Shown piece by piece: positions 57,939-64,000 of a DNA stretch of 64,000 bases (position 1 is the stretch's first letter; every line of letters begins with the position of its first letter). The position numbers were made by a program, and so were the translations under genes. The notes beneath the pieces were generated by a model. The model searched no databases, was not told the DNA's origin, and saw only the letters and a program-made list of their open reading frames with translations. The stretch covers positions 8,328 to 72,327 of the forward strand of contig JAJEIO010000041.1 in NCBI GenBank assembly GCA_022827835.1, read 5' to 3'. The DNA comes from Candidatus Latescibacterota bacterium (GTDB lineage Bacteria > Latescibacterota > UBA2968 > UBA8231).

Positions 57939-60206
57939 TCAGTAAGGGATCCTTCGGACTTCCTCTGGATCGTAAAACAAATGCTCCAAGTCGTTGTGTT
58001 GATCGCTGAGCACGCGCCCCGGTCTGAGGCGACTGCGCAGTTCGGCGTCGTTGCGGATCACGCGGTCAACCAGCGCAGCAGGAGTTGAGAGACCAATCCG
58101 CAAGAGATCAGTCCTAACCCGGTCGGATTGATGGAAGCGTTCGGACAGTCGCTCGAACCGGATGGGTGAGCGGCTGCCCAACAAGATCAGGTGTTGGCCT
58201 GCTCCCTCAAACAACAAACTGTAGGGAAACACCGCGACGAAAGTTCTGGTCACCAGTTCAATCGCGTCGTTGGGCAACTGCCCTATGGGCAGCCATTGGC
58301 TCATAAACCCATCGGGGCTCAGGTGCGCGAGGACCTGCTCGTAGTACTCCCGCGAATACAGGCGATACACTCCCCCGGCCATGGGCGGCGGCGGTTCACT
58401 GGTAATCAGGTCATACGTCTCGTCGGTCAGCGCGAGGAAGTTGCGCCCGTCGTCGTTGATCATCCGCAGCCGTGGATCCAAGTGTACGAAGGCGTGGTGC
58501 TCGGCAAAGGCTGGTGCCATCTTGAATACGTTCTCGTTGAGATCGACGGCGTCGATCCGTGTAATGCTCTCGTGGACGGCGATAGCCGAGGCGGTGTTGC
58601 CGACTCCGAAACAGATCAGCAGGGCTTTCTCTGGATGTGGATGGACGAGTAAAGGGAAGTGCGCCATCAGACGCATGTATTGCTGGGATCGCGGCGAAGT
58701 GCCCGACATGGAAAGACGGCCGAAGAAGAGCTTCATATTGTTGTTCGGAAGCTTGAGGAAATACGTAGTATGGGCGGCATTGCTCCTCATGCCTTGGGCC
58801 GCAACAGCGTTGGGCCACATCAGAGGCGTAAAAAAATCTCGATCGAATCTTCTTGGCGTAGCTATACAGGCGCTGGCGACAAGAACTACCAAGACAGCGA
58901 TCTGCCACGCTTTTATGGGACGGAATTCCGCAATGCACGCTAGGGCGAGCGCGACGAGCACCATGAAGACCAGAAAGAGCTTCAACGAGTAGAAGATGTT
59001 CAGGCGGGGTGCCACCAGAGTGAAGGCGATCAGGCCGAGACAGAACCCCACCGTATTCAGACCGTAGGCCAGTCCCAAGTGTTTCCCCATGCCCTGTAGT
59101 CGATTGCATACGTAGGGCAGGAGCAGAGAGATTAGCAAGTAAGAAGGCAATACATAGATGCCAGTATAAACGAAGAGCTGGGAGAGACTCACTGGGAAGT
59201 GATGTACGCCGCGCACATCCGGCGGGTTACCCACCAAGTAGGTCAACTCATCGCTGAATCGCCAGAGCGCGAAGTAGTAGAGCGCGGCCAAACCGTACGC
59301 GCCCTTGATATGAGCGAGCCGGATGCACTCAATGTGTCGCACGATAATGCTGGCCAGAAAAATGCCCAGCACGGCCCAGAAGGAGATAAACGACATGGTC
59401 GCCCCAGGGCTCAGTACGACAATGAAGTTAATCCGCTTGAACATATCGCCTTCGAGTGCTCCGGCGAGCAAGCCGCTCAGCGCAGCACAAGCAATGAGGG
59501 CACTTCCCGACTTAGGTGGCGCTCCAGCACTTGGGAATGTTGCGCAGGCACTGTCCTCTACTTCGTCGCTTGCGGGTGCACCCCCGCTGGCTAGGAAGTA
59601 CAATCCTAACAGTATGTTCAAGCCGGCCATCAGCCAGAAAGTTGGCTGGTGCCCGATCTCCGGTATCAGGATGAACTGGCAAGCGAGTACGCCGCTACAC
59701 GCACCAATAGTGTTCCACGCGTACAGAACAGAAGGGAGGCGTCCGTTCCTCGGTATTGAGCGGAAAATATCGCACAGCAAGGGGAAGGTCACTCCCATGA
59801 ACAGACAAGGGAGGAAGAGGCTGATCGCGGCGATAGCTCCCTGGGCAATCTGATAGTGGATCGCCTGGACCCAGATTCCGTCGTTCAGGTGATAGGGGAA
59901 AGAACCCCAGAGATCCACCGGCAGATATTCGGCCGCTACGGTCACAAGGGCCGATACTCCAACCAAAAGTTCTATCAGCCCGTACAAACGCAGCTTGTCC
60001 CCAATGCCGGTCCGGCCTGCCAGCAGCCGAGTGATTCGTTGGCTCAAGAGCGCGCCGCAACCCAAGCCCCCGATGAAGTTGCACACCACTAAGGCGAAAG
60101 TGAGGTTGGTCGAGCCAAACCAATCGATGCAAATGCGGAACCACGCTACTTGGTAGCCGAGGCTGATGAAGCCCGAAAGGGCATACAAGGGAAAGACGCG
60201 TCGCAA
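57939..60206 (-). CDS. Membrane-fused spermidine synthase-like SAM-dependent transferase
   Basis: N-terminal SGFISLGYQVAWFR multi-TM region, ALLICFGVGNTA, DGRNFL, YDLITSEPPPP, LYSREYY. Confidence 0.85.
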   Translation of the reverse strand: MRRVFPLYALSGFISLGYQVAWFRICIDWFGSTNLTFALVVCNFIGGLGCGALLSQRITRLLAGRTGIGDKLRLYGLIELLVGVSALVTVAAEYLPVDLWGSFPYHLNDGIWVQAIHYQIAQGAIAAISLFLPCLFMGVTFPLLCDIFRSIPRNGRLPSVLYAWNTIGACSGVLACQFILIPEIGHQPTFWLMAGLNILLGLYFLASGGAPASDEVEDSACATFPSAGAPPKSGSALIACAALSGLLAGALEGDMFKRINFIVVLSPGATMSFISFWAVLGIFLASIIVRHIECIRLAHIKGAYGLAALYYFALWRFSDELTYLVGNPPDVRGVHHFPVSLSQLFVYTGIYVLPSYLLISLLLPYVCNRLQGMGKHLGLAYGLNTVGFCLGLIAFTLVAPRLNIFYSLKLFLVFMVLVALALACIAEFRPIKAWQIAVLVVLVASACIATPRRFDRDFFTPLMWPNAVAAQGMRSNAAHTTYFLKLPNNNMKLFFGRLSMSGTSPRSQQYMRLMAHFPLLVHPHPEKALLICFGVGNTASAIAVHESITRIDAVDLNENVFKMAPAFAEHHAFVHLDPRLRMINDDGRNFLALTDETYDLITSEPPPPMAGGVYRLYSREYYEQVLAHLSPDGFMSQWLPIGQLPNDAIELVTRTFVAVFPYSLLFEGAGQHLILLGSRSPIRFERLSERFHQSDRVRTDLLRIGLSTPAALVDRVIRNDAELRSRLRPGRVLSDQHNDLEHLFYDPEEVRRIPY

Positions 60207-60292
60207 AGAGAGTTAGACCTTGTTTTCTATAGTCCCTAACAAAACGCCTTCCCAGCGCATAAGCGCCAGTCCCTCACAGTCCTTGGGGCCTA

Positions 60293-61570
60293 TTAATCGC
60301 GCAGGTATTCGTCTGGCTTAGCCGCATTGGGCGGCCAGTACCCATCCCGCGACTGACGCCATTGCGCGCCGCACAGGCCGCTGATCACACTCCACTCGGA
60401 CGGACTGGGGTCCGGGTCTGGGTGGAAGAGAAAGCGCTGGGCACCGGCGTCCTGCGAAGCTTTGAGAATGCCGGCCAAGTCGCGGGCCGGCATGGCGTCG
60501 CCAGCGTGCGGGGAGCGGCCAGTGGACACCCAGAAGATGGTTTTGTCAACGTCCTTGATCGCCTCTAGGGCGCGCCGCGTTTCGCTGTACACGACTTCGG
60601 CGAAGAACTCATCGGGAAAACCCATCTCCATATCCAGCAGCGACTCGACATTGGGCAGGCGCAGGCCGAACAGCGATTCGACCAGCAGGAAGCAGTCGGC
60701 CTCGGTCAGAGAGGGATTCCACTCGGCGAACTTTTGCACCCAGCGGGCAATCGTGCCGTACATGCCGTCAAAGCCGCGATGCCAATAGTAGTGCTTGGGA
60801 AAGATATAATCGAAGTACGGCGGCATCTGCTGGTAATCTTGGCCGGTCAGGGAAGAGAAAGTGGTGATGCGCGGAATGCCGCCTAACTCGACGTAGCGGT
60901 TCACTCCATCCAAGTCGGCGCGGGCCCGCTCCCACGAACGCCGCGATTTTTCCGCCCGCGCTCGCAGCCAGTACAGAGCGTCCTCGTTGATATCAAAAAG
61001 ATTCAGACCGGCCAAAGTCCCGCCCGGGGCCCAATAGCGCACGAGATCGGGGGTGAGGTTGTGGAAACGCTGGCGCATATGGGCAATGCCGCGCTCCAGC
61101 CGGTCGATCTCAAAGCCCAAGTTGGCGAACTCGACGCGCTCGCCGTCGCGCAATTCAAAGAGCTCGCCGCCGTGGTGCCAAGCTAGTTCGTAGTGGTTCT
61201 CGCCAGGTCCGTCGATGATCACTCCGTTGACCTGGGGATAGCGGTTTATCAAGCTCTGCACGTGGGCCGTGGTGCCGCTGTCGAATACCATTATGTGCCA
61301 GCCGCGTCCGGCGGCGTCATCCAGCATCGCGCTTAGCTCCCGCTCCTTTTCCAAGTCTCGGGGCTGCTCCTCGGGCGCTGCTAGCCCTAGGTCGGCGTAG
61401 GCTTGGGGATCTTGAGGAAAGGCGGGAATTCGGCCACCGTCGTCCTCCATAAAAAACATGCGTCCCACCACAATGCCGCGCACGCCGCCCTCTTCCCAAG
61501 CGTCGAAAATATGCTTGTAGTTGGCCATGTAGCGTTCGAGCGGATTGAAAACGAAAATCCAGCATTGCAT
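60293..61570 (-). CDS. Hypothetical protein
   Basis: 425-aa ORF with AAGGAGG RBS. No family recognised. Confidence 0.6.
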   Translation of the reverse strand: MQCWIFVFNPLERYMANYKHIFDAWEEGGVRGIVVGRMFFMEDDGGRIPAFPQDPQAYADLGLAAPEEQPRDLEKERELSAMLDDAAGRGWHIMVFDSGTTAHVQSLINRYPQVNGVIIDGPGENHYELAWHHGGELFELRDGERVEFANLGFEIDRLERGIAHMRQRFHNLTPDLVRYWAPGGTLAGLNLFDINEDALYWLRARAEKSRRSWERARADLDGVNRYVELGGIPRITTFSSLTGQDYQQMPPYFDYIFPKHYYWHRGFDGMYGTIARWVQKFAEWNPSLTEADCFLLVESLFGLRLPNVESLLDMEMGFPDEFFAEVVYSETRRALEAIKDVDKTIFWVSTGRSPHAGDAMPARDLAGILKASQDAGAQRFLFHPDPDPSPSEWSVISGLCGAQWRQSRDGYWPPNAAKPDEYLRD

Positions 61571-61625
61571 CGTCTAACCTCCTTAGGGTTAATGAGCTAC
61601 CTCCGGCCCAGCACTGAACGACTTC

Positions 61626-62438
61626 TTATTTCTGCTTGTAAAGCCGCGACCCCTTGTCTTCTCTCCGGTACTGCGGCGGCGTAATCACCGCCTGTTGCTC
61701 CTCGGTCAACTCGGCGTAGAAATCCGGCGGCGTATAGGTCCCCATAAGCGATTCGGCCTGGACGCCGTGGTTATAGCGCAAAATCACCGAGCGCCGCTGG
61801 TGTTTGGCCGTCCACGGCAGGGCCCCGTGCATCAGCGTCTCGACGAAAAGGATCGCGTCGCCCGCTTTGGCCGGAATCTGCGCGATGCGATCTTGGTGCG
61901 CTTCGTACAACCGAATCTCGTCCGGGCAGGGATAGTTGGCCTTATGGCTGCCGGGCAGACAGGCAAAACCCCCATCCTCCGGCCCCACGTCCGACAACTG
62001 CACGGCGATGTTGGTCATCCCGCAAAACATCCGGCCATTGCGGTAGAGAAACCCCCGCGAGCGGTCGAGCGGCTCGCCGCCCTCGTGGAACCAGAAGCCT
62101 TCCGCCCCCTCGTCCATGGTGATGATCCCCAAGCCCTCCAGGCGAAAACCCGGTCCCAGCAATTCTTCCAGATACGGCTTGAACCGCGCATGGGCTATCA
62201 TCGCCCGAAACGGATTGCAATGCGGTTTGTCCCACGTCAGCATCCCGCCCAAATCGCCGCGTCCCTGCGTGCCCTTGAGCGTGTCCGACTCGTGAGCTAG
62301 GTCATTGGGGCGGATGCCGATTTGATCGGCGTGGTGGTCAATCGCCGCATTGGCCGCCGCTACTTCCTCCGGCGAGAGCGCACCCTCGATCACCAGATAG
62401 CCGTGTACTTCAAAGAGATACTTTTCCGTTGCGTCCAT
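61626..62438 (-). CDS. PhyH-family Fe(II)/2OG oxygenase with an H-x-G motif
   Basis: YLFEVHGYLVIEGAL, FHEGG, GGFACLPGSHKAN, LMHGALPW, RRSVILRY. ATG at 62438. Confidence 0.85.
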   Translation of the reverse strand: MDATEKYLFEVHGYLVIEGALSPEEVAAANAAIDHHADQIGIRPNDLAHESDTLKGTQGRGDLGGMLTWDKPHCNPFRAMIAHARFKPYLEELLGPGFRLEGLGIITMDEGAEGFWFHEGGEPLDRSRGFLYRNGRMFCGMTNIAVQLSDVGPEDGGFACLPGSHKANYPCPDEIRLYEAHQDRIAQIPAKAGDAILFVETLMHGALPWTAKHQRRSVILRYNHGVQAESLMGTYTPPDFYAELTEEQQAVITPPQYRREDKGSRLYKQK

Positions 62439-62457
62439 CGTCAATCTCAGTCTCCAG

Positions 62458-63513
62458 TTAAGCAGGCAGGACCTCGCGCAAGACCCGCAGGTAATTCCCG
62501 CCGCATATCTTGCTCGTCTCCTCCTCGGCAAATCCCGCATCCAGCAAGCCCTCTACCACCCAAGGCAATACCGCACTGTTGAAATGGGTGCCGATCCCCA
62601 CGCCTTCTACACCCATCACATCAACGGCGTAGCGAACCTGCACCAACGTCTGCTCCAACTGTTCTGGCGCGACCGCCCGATAGGGCGCGTCCCCCGGCGG
62701 CCGGGTAATCGGCGGCGGAATCCCCAACACGCCTCCGCGCTCGGCCAGCGCCCGCATAACCTCGTCGGGTGCCGCCCTCGGCTCATCGACCAACGCTCGC
62801 GGATGCGAGTGCGAGTCAACCACCGGCTTTGTCGATACTTCGATGATATCGAGAGCACAAGGGTCATTGCTATGAGCTAGGTCGATAAGGATCCCAGCCG
62901 CGTTCAGCTCCGCAATCATCCGCACCCCCAACTCAGTCATCCGCCCGCCCGAACGGGTCTCATTGGAGGCGTCCCAACCCAACTCGCGGGTCGCTTGGCC
63001 CAAGGTGATCATCCGCAACCCGAGGCGGGCAAACATCCGCAGGATGCCGGGGCCATCGCCGAACCAGTCGCTGCGATTGGCTCCCATCAATACCGCGACC
63101 TTGCCCGCCGCCCGCGCGGCATCCAAGTCCCGGGCCGTCCGCACCAGCAGCACCTGTTCGGGATAGGCTTCGACATTTAGCAAAAAACGGTCGAGCACCC
63201 CCAGCACCAGTTGGGTCGGATTCTTGATCGCCAGACTCAGGAACATATCCTCGCCGCCGCGTCCCGGACGCCATTCCGATTCCTGCCGCCACAGCGGTTT
63301 GTAGTTCTCATCGTAGTAAGCCGCTCCCCCCTTGCACATCACCACCTCCAGCCCCCATTCGGCAAACTTGGGAAAGTCGCCGCGACAAGTACTTGCGTCT
63401 TTTTTGCCTAGGTCAATATCGTCGATCACAAAACGGGGATGGGTCAGGTTTAACCCCAGCATATCGCATACTGGATGCGGCCAAATGCGGCCAGAGGGCA
63501 ATTTCATGATCAT
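62458..63513 (-). CDS. Membrane dipeptidase (M19)-like amidohydrolase, divergent
   Basis: GLRMITL, MTELGVRMIAELNAAGILIDLAH, DSHSHPRAL, ALAERGGVLG, KICGGNYLRVL. Confidence 0.8.
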   Translation of the reverse strand: MIMKLPSGRIWPHPVCDMLGLNLTHPRFVIDDIDLGKKDASTCRGDFPKFAEWGLEVVMCKGGAAYYDENYKPLWRQESEWRPGRGGEDMFLSLAIKNPTQLVLGVLDRFLLNVEAYPEQVLLVRTARDLDAARAAGKVAVLMGANRSDWFGDGPGILRMFARLGLRMITLGQATRELGWDASNETRSGGRMTELGVRMIAELNAAGILIDLAHSNDPCALDIIEVSTKPVVDSHSHPRALVDEPRAAPDEVMRALAERGGVLGIPPPITRPPGDAPYRAVAPEQLEQTLVQVRYAVDVMGVEGVGIGTHFNSAVLPWVVEGLLDAGFAEEETSKICGGNYLRVLREVLPA

Positions 63514-63514
63514 C

Positions 63515-64000
63515 TTATTCGCCGAGCGCTTGGTCGAAATCCCGGCGGCAATCGGCCAAAACCTGCGCTAGGGCAAAATCGCCGCCATACGCCAGCATCT
63601 GCGCCCCTTGTGCGCGGTATTTGGTCAGCAACTCGGGCGTGCCAGCGGGTATCCCCCAAGCTTTGCCGTGTTTTTGTGCCGTCGCGGCGACTCTGGCGAC
63701 GGCCTGATCGAGATCGACATCCCCCCCGGCCAAACCGAGCCGCAACCCCAAATCCGCCGGGCCGACGAACAGCCCGTCCACCCCCTCGACCGCGGCGATC
63801 TCCTCGACATTGGCCAGCGCTTGCGGGGTTTCGATCTGCAAGACGACGAAGGTTTCGCGATTGGCGTCGTCGATATAGGTACTGCCCTCATGCCACACGT
63901 CGAGACCAAAATCGCCGTCCAAACCCGCCCCGTCCAAACCGCGATTGCCCAAGGGTGGGTACTTCACCGCCGCAACGATTTGGCGCGCCAAGGTCGCATC
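63515..64000 (-). CDS. HpcH/HpaI aldolase family protein (5' part outside the window)
   Basis: KYPPLGNRG, LQIETPQA, VDGLFVGPADL. Confidence 0.9.
   Translation of the reverse strand, partial: DATLARQIVAAVKYPPLGNRGLDGAGLDGDFGLDVWHEGSTYIDDANRETFVVLQIETPQALANVEEIAAVEGVDGLFVGPADLGLRLGLAGGDVDLDQAVARVAATAQKHGKAWGIPAGTPELLTKYRAQGAQMLAYGGDFALAQVLADCRRDFDQALGE

Noticed and set aside
35400-60290. Envelope locus as a recently acquired mobile island
   Set aside because: It is more AT-rich by eye, but no integrase, transposase, tRNA or flanking direct repeats were found, and it shares the host CTAG/CCAAG signature.

Overview
Bacterial window with GC-rich flanks. Gene content suggests a Gram-negative FCB-related lineage such as Ca. 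Latescibacterota or Poribacteria (inference from FlgD/CHU_C-type C-terminal domains, a C-terminal WGxIK motif, CRTAC1/ASPIC-UnbV proteins, a DUF6785-type membrane protein and PhyH paralogs). The first ~30 kb is mostly housekeeping: xerC, topA, map, an MBL hydrolase, nrdJ/nrdR, tonB-exbD-exbD-exbB-TPR, accD, an Omp85 barrel, surE, rpmI-rplT-pheST-zapB-zapA-rny-ymdB-xseAB-recN-pgsA and a metalloprotease/WD40/Omp85 fusion. The 30-35.4 kb and 60-64 kb segments hold orphan catabolic enzymes. Between them (35.5-58 kb) is a visibly more AT-rich envelope locus, the best candidate for an undescribed system. Its core is a palindrome-bearing promoter, a WGxIK-tailed CBM9-like protein, three paralogous secreted proteins sharing an FTPNGDG(I/L)ND...VxY C-terminal domain, a 902-aa putative Ca-binding outer-membrane barrel and a double-parvulin lipoprotein. 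Three CRTAC1/FG-GAP proteins, a TPR protein, an FGE-fold protein and a DUF6785/6784-type permease flank the core. Other notable signals are a CCWG(G)->CTWG(G) mutational signature, a degenerate RNase Y HD site, an HxG-type PhyH and a heptamer-repeat hairpin. No rRNA, tRNA, CRISPR or transposase was seen. All family calls are by motif recognition, with no database searches.
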